From the NCBI GenBank assembly GCA_963806185.1, contig CAWDXE010000003.1:276619-340618 (forward strand): a stretch of DNA of 64,000 nt, given 5' to 3'. The DNA comes from an uncultured candidate division Zixibacteria bacterium. Lineage in GTDB: Bacteria > Zixibacteria > MSB-5A5 > GN15 > FEB-12. The notes beneath the pieces were generated by a model. It saw only the letters and a list, made by a program, of their open reading frames with translations. It searched no databases and was not told the origin of the DNA. Positions within the stretch are counted from its first letter, which is position 1. Every line of letters starts with the position of its first letter. Both the position numbers and the translations under genes were made by a program. Positions 18,999-28,748 of the stretch are shown piece by piece.

Positions 18999-19757
18999 CT
19001 ACCTGCGACCTCCCGCGCTATCGGCGTCCGTAGTGTCCGGCTGGCCTACCCGTACGATCATGGGAGCGAAGCGAAGATCGACGGTGGTGGCAGCCGACAT
19101 GTCCGGAGCAAAGGTCGTGAGGAAGGCAAAAAACTGGTGCATTTGCGTGGCAAAATTATCGGCCGCCGCGCGAATGGGATACGGTACGCCGGCCACTCTC
19201 ACCGTCAGATATGATTCGTTGCTAAAATCTATTTCCTCGATCATCTGATACTCATTGGGATTTTCCTCCCGCAGTTCGTGCAGTTGCGGAACCAGCAGTT
19301 GCGTACGGATATCGTCGCAGAAACTGTAGAGGCGGTACATGCGAACGCCGGTCATGAGCGGGAGATTCCAGATTTGCGAGGAATCCTTCAATGGAATGAT
19401 CCGGCCATCGCCGTCAAGGCCGTAGACGTACCCCGACGACTTGTCGAGCACCAGGCAATCGGGCGTGAAGTCGTTTGTCGATATGCGCAGCGAGCAGGGC
19501 AGTGCGTAACGGATATCGACTTTGACGATGCCGTGTTCATCAAGCAACTGCGAAGCAACGCGCTCGACCGGCTGATCGGCAATCGTCCGCGCCGGACTAA
19601 GCGGGTACCGCGACGGAAAATCCGACACCGGCCTCCCGTCGAGGGTCACCGCCTTCAGCCGGCAATAGTCGGTGAACTGAACCAGCACGACGACGCCGAG
19701 CACCACGCCCGCGACAGCCGACAGCACAATGCGAATGGTCCGACCAAACGAAGTCAT
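18999..19757 (-). CDS. ftsQ: FtsQ/DivIB-like protein
   Basis: N-terminal TM helix, C-terminal VDLRF motif, located between murC and ftsA. Confidence 0.75.
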   Translation of the reverse strand: MTSFGRTIRIVLSAVAGVVLGVVVLVQFTDYCRLKAVTLDGRPVSDFPSRYPLSPARTIADQPVERVASQLLDEHGIVKVDIRYALPCSLRISTNDFTPDCLVLDKSSGYVYGLDGDGRIIPLKDSSQIWNLPLMTGVRMYRLYSFCDDIRTQLLVPQLHELREENPNEYQMIEEIDFSNESYLTVRVAGVPYPIRAAADNFATQMHQFFAFLTTFAPDMSAATTVDLRFAPMIVRVGQPDTTDADSAGGRR

Positions 19758-21127
19758 TTTCCCTGCAGCCTCTCCAAGATTGACTTCTTGATATGGGTGA
19801 TCGACCCGGCGCCGATAGTGAAGATCATGTCACCAGGCCTGGCCAATCGAACGACTTCATCAATGGCGTTCTCTTTCACGCCGACATAACGGAACTGCGT
19901 GTACCCCGCCTTTTCGGCGTCTTCCTTGATTTTCGCCGACGAAACGCCCGGGATCGGTTGCTCGCGAGCGGGATAGATGTCCGTCAGCACTACCTCGTCG
20001 GCCAACGAAAGGGCCTCGGCAAAGTCATGGAGGAAATCCCGCGTGCGGGAGAACAGGTGCGGTTGAAACACGGCGATCACCCGGCGATGATATGTCTCTT
20101 TGGCCGTCCGCAAAGTCGCTTTGATTTCGGTCGGGTGGTGCGCATAGTCATCGATCACCGAGATACCGTTGACCTCGCCAATGAACTCAAATCGCCGCCC
20201 GACGCCGGTGAAACTGCGAAGCGCATCGTAGATTTTCGAAAAGGGTATATCCAGTTCCGACGCTGCCGCTGTCGCGGCCAGCGCGTTGGCCACATTGTGA
20301 CGGCCGGGTACTCTGAGCATAAGTTCGCCCAGCAGATCGCCCCGGCGATATACTGAGAACGTCGTCCGCCCCGGATCCATTTTGACATCCAGCGCCCGGT
20401 AATCGGATTCGGGTGCGAAGCCGAAGGTGGCGTAAGGGCGGTTGAAGCGCGGGCGAAGCTGCGCGATGTTGGGATCATCAGCGGACACGATGGCCGAGCC
20501 GTAGAACGGCACGCGGTTGATATAGGTCAAAAACGCACCGCGCAGATCATCCATATCGGCGTAGCAGTCGAGGTGATCCGGTTCAATATTGAGCACGACT
20601 GCCATGGTTGGAAACATAGCCAGGAACGACCGATCGTATTCGTCGGCCTCGGCGATGAGATAATCGCCGCCACCAAGCTGGGCGCCGGTGCCAAGTTCGG
20701 CCACGATGCCGCCGACGATCAGTGTTGGGTGCAGGTCGGCTTGACGGAAGATCTTGCCGATCATCGAAGTCGTGGTTGTCTTGCCGTGCGTGCCGGCGAC
20801 GCCAATGGAGAATTTCAACCGCATCAATTCCCCGAGCATCTCCGCCCGCTTGATGACGGGAATGCCCTGTCGACGTGCCTCGACCACTTCGGGGTTGGCC
20901 TCACCGACCGCGGACGAAATGACGACCACGTCGATATCGTGCACATTGGCCGCACGATGATCATTGTATACGTGCACACCGACACCGGACAGATAACTGG
21001 TTACCTCGCTGGGGGTCGAATCAGAACCACTGACCTGATACCCCAGATTGTGCAGGATTTCAGCGATGCCCGACATTCCCGCGCCGCCAATTCCCACGAA
21101 AAAGAGTCGTTTGAATCGTCCAAACAT
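19754..21127 (-). CDS. murC: UDP-N-acetylmuramate--L-alanine ligase
   Basis: FVGIGGAGMSGIA, GTHGKTTTT, EADEYD, DDYAHHPTE. Confidence 0.97.
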   Translation of the reverse strand: MFGRFKRLFFVGIGGAGMSGIAEILHNLGYQVSGSDSTPSEVTSYLSGVGVHVYNDHRAANVHDIDVVVISSAVGEANPEVVEARRQGIPVIKRAEMLGELMRLKFSIGVAGTHGKTTTTSMIGKIFRQADLHPTLIVGGIVAELGTGAQLGGGDYLIAEADEYDRSFLAMFPTMAVVLNIEPDHLDCYADMDDLRGAFLTYINRVPFYGSAIVSADDPNIAQLRPRFNRPYATFGFAPESDYRALDVKMDPGRTTFSVYRRGDLLGELMLRVPGRHNVANALAATAAASELDIPFSKIYDALRSFTGVGRRFEFIGEVNGISVIDDYAHHPTEIKATLRTAKETYHRRVIAVFQPHLFSRTRDFLHDFAEALSLADEVVLTDIYPAREQPIPGVSSAKIKEDAEKAGYTQFRYVGVKENAIDEVVRLARPGDMIFTIGAGSITHIKKSILERLQGK

Positions 21128-21173
21128 GATTTTATCGCTCACAAACTTTATTAAATCCTGCCTTACCTTTGTC

Positions 21174-22319
21174 TCAAGCACTGACCGTCTCCTTTGGCCT
21201 CGTTCCATAGACCAGTTGAATGATGTCCTCGGCGATCACGTCGACCGCCGGCTTCCGATTACGAGTAGAGGCTGCCAACCGTTCGTGCATTCTGCGAGAC
21301 TCGCCCGACTCACACAGCGCCACGGCTCGTGCCAGGATGTCAGTGCGGTCGAGGTCTGTTTCGATGATCATTTCGCCGAGGCCGCCCGCGACGAACTGCT
21401 CTGCGTTCTTTCGCTGATGGTCGCCGGCTGCAAATGGATACGGTACGAGCAGCGAGGGCACGGCGCACAATTCCAACTCGGCCAGCGTAAGAGCACCGGC
21501 GCGGCTGATAGCCAGGTCGGCGGCGGCGTACACAAGGTCCATGCGATGTTCGAAGGGAAAGAGGGCATGACGCTTCGTCAACTCACCCGCCTCGGCCACC
21601 ACATCCTTGTGGTCCCTCTTTCCCGTCAACCAGAGAAGCTGGTAGGCGTCCGGCATGGAGCCGGCGATTAAACTCTTCATTACCGACTTATTAATGGCGT
21701 GTGCACCCTGGCTGCCGCCCATGACCAGAATCGTCTTCTTGTGCGGGTCGAGACCGAAGGCTTTCACCGCCACCGCACGATCGCCTAGTGTCAGGCTGCG
21801 ACGCACCGGGTTGCCGGTAACCATCGTAGGTACGCCGGCCGGAAGGAAGTCGATCGCTTTGGCAAAGCCCAGGTAGATCCGCCGGGCTCTGCTCGCCAGT
21901 TTGCGCGTAGCAATCCCCGGAAATGAGTTTTGCTCCTGAAGCATCGTGGGAATGCCTTTCCCTGCAGCCGTTCGCAGCACGGGCCAGGACACGTAGCCAC
22001 CGGTTCCGACGACAGCATCGGGCCGAAACTGTGCCAGTAATCGTCGCACCTGGAAAATTGCCTGCACGACCGCGAAGGGGACGAGCAGATTCTTGAGGGT
22101 GAACGAACGGATCAACCCGCGCACGTTGATGAGGTGAAGCGGATAGCCCAGTTGTTCGCGAATCCGGTATTCGATACCACGCTCAGTGCCGACGAAGATG
22201 ATTTCCACCTGGCGATCGACGAGTAATTCTCGCACGCGATCGGCAATGGCAATCGCCGGATACAGATGACCACCGGTGCCCCCGCCGGCAAAAATGAGTT
22301 TGGCCGGTGCATTCGTCAT
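21174..22319 (-). CDS. murG: Lipid II GlcNAc transferase MurG
   Basis: GGGTGGHLYP, GTGGYVS, EQN, GNPVR, GGSQGA. Confidence 0.97.
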   Translation of the reverse strand: MTNAPAKLIFAGGGTGGHLYPAIAIADRVRELLVDRQVEIIFVGTERGIEYRIREQLGYPLHLINVRGLIRSFTLKNLLVPFAVVQAIFQVRRLLAQFRPDAVVGTGGYVSWPVLRTAAGKGIPTMLQEQNSFPGIATRKLASRARRIYLGFAKAIDFLPAGVPTMVTGNPVRRSLTLGDRAVAVKAFGLDPHKKTILVMGGSQGAHAINKSVMKSLIAGSMPDAYQLLWLTGKRDHKDVVAEAGELTKRHALFPFEHRMDLVYAAADLAISRAGALTLAELELCAVPSLLVPYPFAAGDHQRKNAEQFVAGGLGEMIIETDLDRTDILARAVALCESGESRRMHERLAASTRNRKPAVDVIAEDIIQLVYGTRPKETVSA

Positions 22320-23431
22320 GGACGCACCGTCCGGCGTGACAGGTTGAGCAGCATGCCCACCGCGCAACTGGAGACCAGCAGCGATGATCCACCATAGGAA
22401 ACGAACGGCAACGGCAATCCGGTCACCGGCAAAATGGCGGTGACCACGCCGATATTGATCGCAATGTTCACAAACAGCGACCAAGTGAGCCCCCCCGCCA
22501 GGAGAAAGCCAAAACGGTCCGGCTGCGCGGCGGTAATCTTGAATCCCCTGTAGAGAATGATGAAGAGGAACGTCATCAGGATGAGCAGGCCGATGAATCC
22601 TATTTCCTCGCCGGTCGCGGCAAAAATGAAATCGGTGTGCGGATAGGGTAGGAAGAACAGTTTTTGCGTCCCTTCGCCGAGACCGGTACCCCACAAGCCG
22701 CCCGAACCGAGCGTGAGGGCCGCCTGCTTGACCTGGTAACTTCCCAACAGCGGATCCTCAATCGCACGAATGTGATCGAGTACACGCTCTTCTTTGTAAC
22801 CGAGAACGAATACCGCCACTGCGGCCAGGATCATGAGCGGGACAAACCCGCTGAGAATATGCTTCAGCCTGGCACCGGCAAGAAAGAGCACTCCAAGTAC
22901 AGTTGCAAAAATGGCAATGCTCATTCCGAGATCGGGTTCGAGAACGATAAGTACCAGACCGATCCCGACAAGGCCGGCGTAAGGCCAGAGCAGCCCCTTA
23001 ATAGATCCGAGGTTTCGCCGTGGATTTGACAGGGAGAAGGCGAGGAAAATCAACACCACGTACTTGAATAATTCGGACGGCTGGATGGTCAATGGCCCGA
23101 GGAACAGCCAACGATGCGAGCCGTTGCGCGCCGGCATTATAAACACGATCGCCAACAGAATGAAGATCGCCCCGAGGACGGGCACAGACCAGAGCGCAAG
23201 CCGCTGCAGGTTGAGCTTCTGAATCAGCCAGATCGCCACCACGGAGAGCAGAGCCCAGATGATCTGCTGGCGCAGGAAATGCCACTGCGATCCGAACCGG
23301 CTGTCGGCCAGAACAGACGACGTCGAGTAAACCATCACGATTCCGGCTGCGACGGTCAGCAGATACACCAGCAGCAGACTTTCGTCGAACTGGCGCTTTC
23401 TAGGATACGGCCTGACTGTTTCGTTTACCAT
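22316..23431 (-). CDS. ftsW: SEDS peptidoglycan polymerase FtsW
   Basis: Multi-TM; IQPSEL, EPDLG, HTDFIF, GLPLPFVSYGGSS. Confidence 0.96.
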   Translation of the reverse strand: MVNETVRPYPRKRQFDESLLLVYLLTVAAGIVMVYSTSSVLADSRFGSQWHFLRQQIIWALLSVVAIWLIQKLNLQRLALWSVPVLGAIFILLAIVFIMPARNGSHRWLFLGPLTIQPSELFKYVVLIFLAFSLSNPRRNLGSIKGLLWPYAGLVGIGLVLIVLEPDLGMSIAIFATVLGVLFLAGARLKHILSGFVPLMILAAVAVFVLGYKEERVLDHIRAIEDPLLGSYQVKQAALTLGSGGLWGTGLGEGTQKLFFLPYPHTDFIFAATGEEIGFIGLLILMTFLFIILYRGFKITAAQPDRFGFLLAGGLTWSLFVNIAINIGVVTAILPVTGLPLPFVSYGGSSLLVSSCAVGMLLNLSRRTVRP

Positions 23432-24788
23432 TTTTCAGCGACTTTACCGCGGTCTTGAATACCCGGCCGCGGTGTTCGAAGTTGTCAAACATATCGAAGC
23501 TGGAACAGCCGGGCGACAGCAGCACTGTCTCGCCGGGCGACGCCATTTCAAAACACTTCTCCACGGCTTCTTCCATGGACATCACGAATTGAATCGGAAA
23601 CGCCTTGCCCAGGGTGTTGAATATCTTCTCGCGCGCTTCTCCGAGGGCCACCGCGCCTTTCACCTTACCCTGCGCCGCCTCAATTATCGGCAAATAGCTC
23701 CCCCCCTTGTCGCGTCCGCCAAGAATCAAAAAGATCGGCGTCGAGAGCGACTTGAGCGCGTAGCAGACGGAATCGACATTGGTCGCCTTGCTATCATTAA
23801 CGAAATTGACTCCGGCGACCTGACCGACAGGTTCCAAGCGATGTTCGACACCCGCGAAGGTGCGCAGGACGCGATTGATCACGTCCGGCTTGACATTCAT
23901 TATCATGGCCGCGATCGCCGCGGCGGAGGCATTCTGAAGATTATGCGGGCCGCGAATCCTGATCTCATCGGTGGGAATGATCTTGTGCTCCTTCCCGTCC
24001 CAGCGTACGCACAGCCAGCCGTTTTCCACAAAGGTGACGGCACCGTTCCTTGGACTGGTGGAGAAATAGAGCAGCTTCGCATTGGTGGCCGGAGCATGGC
24101 GCATGGTCTCCGGGTCCTCGCGATTGATAACCAGGTATTGTCGCTCGGACTGATTTTCCGACACCCGGTACTTGGCTTTGCGGTAGTTTTCCAGCGAGCC
24201 GTGACGATCAAGATGATCGGGCGTGATGTTAAGTATCATCGCGATGAACGGGCTGAAGGAATCGATCGTCTCCATTTGGTAGGAAGACACCTCGACAACC
24301 GCTACGGCGTTCACCCCAATCTTATCGGCAACTTCGGCCAACGGCAGTCCGATATTGCCGCATACAAACGTATCCAGGCCGGCCGCCGCCAGTATTTCCC
24401 CAACCAGCGTTGTGGTTGTGGTCTTGCCGTTTGAACCCGTGATGGCAACGATCTTCCCCTGGCATATCCATGAGGCAAATTCAATCTCGGAGAAGATTGG
24501 AATGCCCTTTCCCCGCGCTGCCTTCACTATGGGGATGGTGAGCGGGACGCCCGGCGACACAATCAGGTAGTCGCTGGCGAGTACGCGATCGGTGTGCCCA
24601 CCGACTTCGTAAGGAATCTCCTCCAGCACCAGGCGGGCCAGCTGGTCCTTCACTTTCTCTTGAGGAGCGGAGTCCGACACAAACGGCATGCCGCCGAATT
24701 TCTTGGCCAGAATCGCCGCCGACACGCCCGAGCGGGCCATGCCGAGGATGCCGATTCGTCGCCCTTGTATCAATTCTTCTCGTGTCAT
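23400..24788 (-). CDS. murD: MurD D-glutamate ligase
   Basis: GMARSG, ITGSNGKTTT, EVSSYQ, NDSKATN, LSPGCSSFD. Confidence 0.97.
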   Translation of the reverse strand: MTREELIQGRRIGILGMARSGVSAAILAKKFGGMPFVSDSAPQEKVKDQLARLVLEEIPYEVGGHTDRVLASDYLIVSPGVPLTIPIVKAARGKGIPIFSEIEFASWICQGKIVAITGSNGKTTTTTLVGEILAAAGLDTFVCGNIGLPLAEVADKIGVNAVAVVEVSSYQMETIDSFSPFIAMILNITPDHLDRHGSLENYRKAKYRVSENQSERQYLVINREDPETMRHAPATNAKLLYFSTSPRNGAVTFVENGWLCVRWDGKEHKIIPTDEIRIRGPHNLQNASAAAIAAMIMNVKPDVINRVLRTFAGVEHRLEPVGQVAGVNFVNDSKATNVDSVCYALKSLSTPIFLILGGRDKGGSYLPIIEAAQGKVKGAVALGEAREKIFNTLGKAFPIQFVMSMEEAVEKCFEMASPGETVLLSPGCSSFDMFDNFEHRGRVFKTAVKSLKNGKRNSQAVS

Positions 24789-25873
24789 CGTATTTTCAGC
24801 GTGGCTAATGTTAACAGAGAGCACAAGGCGCCGATAATCCAGAAGCGCACCACCACTTTTGACTCCGGCCACCCCGAGAGTTCAAAGTGATGATGCAGCG
24901 GTGCCATTTTGAAGACCCGTTTCCCACCGCGATACCGATAGGACAGTACTTGAATGATGACCGAGAGGGCCGTGGCCACAAAAACACCGCCCACGATCAC
25001 CAGCAACAATTCCTTTTTCATCACAATCGCCAGCGCACCCAATGCCCCACCCAACGCCAGTGACCCGGTATCCCCCATGAACACTTCAGCCGGATGCGAA
25101 TTAAACCAGAGGAATCCGGCCGCTGAACCGATCGCCGCGCCGCAGAACACTGCCAGTTCGCCCGTGCCGGGGATATATTCGATCTGCAGGTAGTTGCTGT
25201 AATCCAGTCGCCCGGTCACATACACGAGGGCGCCAAAAGTAACAAAGCAGATCAGACACAATCCGATCGCCAGACCATCAAGGCCGTCCGTCAGGTTCAC
25301 GGCGTTCGACGACGCCGTCACCACCATGATGATAAATGGGATGTACAGAATTCCCAGATTGAGCACATAGTTCTTGAAGAAGGGGATGCCGGTCGTTCCG
25401 TCGTACTGGTTCCCCGGCGACAAATAAACCAACAGCAGAGCGAAGACGGCGCCGCCGAGTAACTGACCGACAAACTTCTTGCGGGCCACCATTCCCTTGG
25501 ACTGCTTGGCGATCGCCTTCGAATAGTCGTCCAGATAACCCAACCCACCCAGCCAGACCGTAATGAGCAGCAGCAACAGGACATAGTAGTTGGTCAGATT
25601 AGCCCAGAGCAGAGTCGGGACTACGATGCCGAGCAGAATGATCAAGCCACCCATCGTGGGCGTGCCGGCTTTCTTTTTATGCGACGCCGGTCCGTCTTCG
25701 CGAATCTTCTCCGAAACCTGATATTTCTTCAACAGGTTGATGAAGAACGGCCCCATGATCAAACAGATGATAATCGCCGTGATCGTCGCGCCGGCCGTGC
25801 GAAACGTGATATAGCGAAAGAGATTGAAACCGGAGAAATAGTCCGTGAGTGGATACAGGAGATGATACAACAT
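24785..25873 (-). CDS. mraY: Phospho-N-acetylmuramoyl-pentapeptide transferase
   Basis: KAGTPTMGG, NAVNLTDGLDGLA, VFMGDTGS, MAPLHHHFE. Confidence 0.98.
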   Translation of the reverse strand: MLYHLLYPLTDYFSGFNLFRYITFRTAGATITAIIICLIMGPFFINLLKKYQVSEKIREDGPASHKKKAGTPTMGGLIILLGIVVPTLLWANLTNYYVLLLLLITVWLGGLGYLDDYSKAIAKQSKGMVARKKFVGQLLGGAVFALLLVYLSPGNQYDGTTGIPFFKNYVLNLGILYIPFIIMVVTASSNAVNLTDGLDGLAIGLCLICFVTFGALVYVTGRLDYSNYLQIEYIPGTGELAVFCGAAIGSAAGFLWFNSHPAEVFMGDTGSLALGGALGALAIVMKKELLLVIVGGVFVATALSVIIQVLSYRYRGGKRVFKMAPLHHHFELSGWPESKVVVRFWIIGALCSLLTLATLKIR

Positions 25874-27267
25874 CAGATCGTTCCCTCCGGCTTTTCCCAT
25901 GGTTTGAGGATCAGTTCGAGACCGACACCCCTCGAACCCTTGATGTAGACCAGATCGCCGGCTCGGAAATAGCCGGCGGTCTCGCGGGCACAGGCACGAG
26001 CATCGGCAAAGTGAACGAGTCGTGAGGCTGGCACTCCGAGTGCAAGCGCCTCGTCGAACGCCTGTTTCATCGACGGTCCGACAAGAAATGCGACGTCAAA
26101 CGACATTTTGGCCAGTTGCCGACCTATCTCGCGGTGGGCTTCCTCACCGGCATCACCAAGCTCGAGCATGTCACCAAGAACCAGGACGCGCCGTGTGCCA
26201 CCGGCATGGGTTGCCAGTGAATTGAGGCCGGAGCGCATCGAATCGGGATTGGCATTGTAACAGTCGGCGATGAAAGTCACGTCATGGCTGTGCATGACCT
26301 GTCCGCGCATGTTGGCTGACGAAAGCTCTATCGACCGCGTGTCAATGCCTGCAAACGTGTAGCCGAGTGTCTTGAACGCAGCGTAGGCCGCCAGCAAGTT
26401 ATAGACATGGTGACGACCGAAGAGCGGCAGACGGAAGGTATTCCCTTCGATGCGCACCAAGGTAACGCCGTCATCACCCACGGTCATCGACTCAGGCATG
26501 ACGTCCGCTCTGTTGTTCACACCAAACGTAACGAAGCTCTTTCCCTGGCGCTTGATCTCTTCCATCAGCACCGCGTCATCTCCGTTCACTACCGCTTTCG
26601 TGCCGGGCTCCGCAAACGAAACGAGCGAGATCTTTTCGCGGGCGACACCTTCGATAGTCTTCAGAAATTCCAGATGGGAGGCACCGACGTTCGTAATGAC
26701 GACCAAATGCGGCCTGGCGATTGGGGCAAGCCTGGCCATCTCGCCGGGCAGCGAGATCCCCAGTTCGAGCACTGCGACTTTGGTGTCATGGGGCATGGCC
26801 ATCAGCGCCAGCGGCAGCCCGAAAAGATTATTCAGGTTGCCGCTCGACCGATACACATGCGGCTGGACGACCTGAATCAATTCGTAGAGAAATTCCTTGG
26901 TCGTCGTCTTGCCGTTGGAACCGGTAATACCGACACGTTTTGCGGCGACCATGTCACGATAGGCGACGGCCAGTTTGATCATCGCTTCATGGGAATTGAC
27001 CACGGCGACAACAGGAATATCTCCGCCCATCGTCAGCAGTTCCGGATGGGCAAACTCGACCACGACCCCGGAAGCCCCGGCCGCGAGCGCCTGCGAAATA
27101 AAACTGTGTCCGTCGACCTTCTCACCTCGCAGGGCAACAAAGAGCTGCCCCGGTTTCAGAGTACGAGTGTCAATCGATACTCCGGCGAAGGTCCGCGCAG
27201 CCGCAGCGGCATTATGCAATTGCCCGCCGGAAATGGCCGCTAATTGATCAAAGCGCAAGCTAATCAA
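25873..27267 (-). CDS. murF: MurF D-Ala-D-Ala adding ligase
   Basis: ITGSNGKTTTKE, GNLNN, DCYNANPDS, GDMLELG, KGSRG. Confidence 0.96.
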   Translation of the reverse strand: MISLRFDQLAAISGGQLHNAAAAARTFAGVSIDTRTLKPGQLFVALRGEKVDGHSFISQALAAGASGVVVEFAHPELLTMGGDIPVVAVVNSHEAMIKLAVAYRDMVAAKRVGITGSNGKTTTKEFLYELIQVVQPHVYRSSGNLNNLFGLPLALMAMPHDTKVAVLELGISLPGEMARLAPIARPHLVVITNVGASHLEFLKTIEGVAREKISLVSFAEPGTKAVVNGDDAVLMEEIKRQGKSFVTFGVNNRADVMPESMTVGDDGVTLVRIEGNTFRLPLFGRHHVYNLLAAYAAFKTLGYTFAGIDTRSIELSSANMRGQVMHSHDVTFIADCYNANPDSMRSGLNSLATHAGGTRRVLVLGDMLELGDAGEEAHREIGRQLAKMSFDVAFLVGPSMKQAFDEALALGVPASRLVHFADARACARETAGYFRAGDLVYIKGSRGVGLELILKPWEKPEGTI

Positions 27268-28748
27268 TGCTCCTCGGTAACTGCCGTGGCATGATATCCC
27301 ATCTGGGCCAGTACTTCTCTGGCAACGTCTATTTCCACAAAGGGGTGTTTATGCCCGTTAATTTCCTGATATGGTTCCGAGCCCTTGCCGGCCAACAGCA
27401 CCACATCATCGGCCTTGGCAAGGCTGAGAATCTTCACAATGGCCGCGCGTCGGTCGGGCTCTATCTCGAACCGGTCGCCCTTCAGACCCGGCTTGATATC
27501 CGCGATGATCGCCAGCGGATCCTCGGTACGCGGATTATCCGAGGTGACCACCACGTAATCGGCGTGGGTCGTCGCCGCTTCGCCCATGAGCGGTCGCTTT
27601 CCTTTATCGCGATCGCCGCCACACCCGAACAGCATTAACACCCGCCCGTGATTGATCTCGCGAGCCGCATCGATCAATCGAGCAATGGCATCCGGCGTGT
27701 GAGCGTAGTCGACGTAGACGGCGAACGGCTGTCCCATAGCGATGTAGTTGAGTCGTCCAGGCACCGGGGCAGTTGTCTCCAGCCCGCGCACCACACTATC
27801 GAGATCGACACCGCACGCCAGTCCACCGGCCGCGGCGCCAATGGCGTTGATCAGATTGAATCGGCCGAGAAGTTGCAGTCTGACGGTCTGCCTTCCCATC
27901 GGCGTCACGAGATCGAAAAACGTGCCGTCATGGCGCAACTCGTATGCCTCGGCGTAGACGTCCGCTTTCGGATTCTCAAGCGAAAACGTCATGAACGGCG
28001 AATCGGTATCGGCGATAAGCTGCCGGAACTCCGATTGATCGAGATTGAACACGACATAGCTGAGCGGACCGTCTATCCGTTTCGCCAGCAACCGCTTGGC
28101 ATTGAAGTACTCGTCCATCGTCCCGTGAAAATCGAGATGGTCACGCGTCAGATTGGTGTAAACGGCCACGCGAAAATTGATATGATCCACGCGATGCAGC
28201 ATCAGCGCATGCGACGACACCTCGATCACGGCGTTGACGCAGAAGTTCTTCTTCATCAGGAAGAGCAGGCGCTGCATATCGAGCGATTCGGGTGTCGTCC
28301 GATCGGCGTCGAACTTGTCCTTGCCCGTGTCGTACACAACGGACGTCACCAGGCCGGTGGTCTTGCCTCGTTCTTCGAGCATTCGCTTGATCAGAAAACA
28401 GGTCGTGGTCTTGCCGTTGGTTCCCGTCACGCCGCACGCCTTGATTCGTTCGCCGGGGAACCCGTAGAACTTGGCGGACACGAATGCCATCGCTTCCCGC
28501 ATATCCGGCACCTGAACATGGGCACTTGCACCCGGGAATTCCGACCGTTCGCCCATCACCGCCACGGCGCCCTTATCGATCGCCTGCTGGGCATAGCCAT
28601 ACCCATCGACTTTGTATCCTTTGACGGCAAAGAAGAGCGCGGCTTCGCGAATAGCCCGCGAGTCGTACTCAATCTGGCCGATCTCGACCTCGCCGCTGCC
28701 GCTCAGCACTGCACCCTTGAGACCATCGATCAGCTCAACCAGCTTCAT
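27264..28748 (-). CDS. murE: MurE ligase (mDAP-type DNPR motif)
   Basis: TGTNGKTT, EVSSH, VDYAHTPD, FGCGGDRD, SDNPR. Confidence 0.97.
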   Translation of the reverse strand: MKLVELIDGLKGAVLSGSGEVEIGQIEYDSRAIREAALFFAVKGYKVDGYGYAQQAIDKGAVAVMGERSEFPGASAHVQVPDMREAMAFVSAKFYGFPGERIKACGVTGTNGKTTTCFLIKRMLEERGKTTGLVTSVVYDTGKDKFDADRTTPESLDMQRLLFLMKKNFCVNAVIEVSSHALMLHRVDHINFRVAVYTNLTRDHLDFHGTMDEYFNAKRLLAKRIDGPLSYVVFNLDQSEFRQLIADTDSPFMTFSLENPKADVYAEAYELRHDGTFFDLVTPMGRQTVRLQLLGRFNLINAIGAAAGGLACGVDLDSVVRGLETTAPVPGRLNYIAMGQPFAVYVDYAHTPDAIARLIDAAREINHGRVLMLFGCGGDRDKGKRPLMGEAATTHADYVVVTSDNPRTEDPLAIIADIKPGLKGDRFEIEPDRRAAIVKILSLAKADDVVLLAGKGSEPYQEINGHKHPFVEIDVAREVLAQMGYHATAVTEEH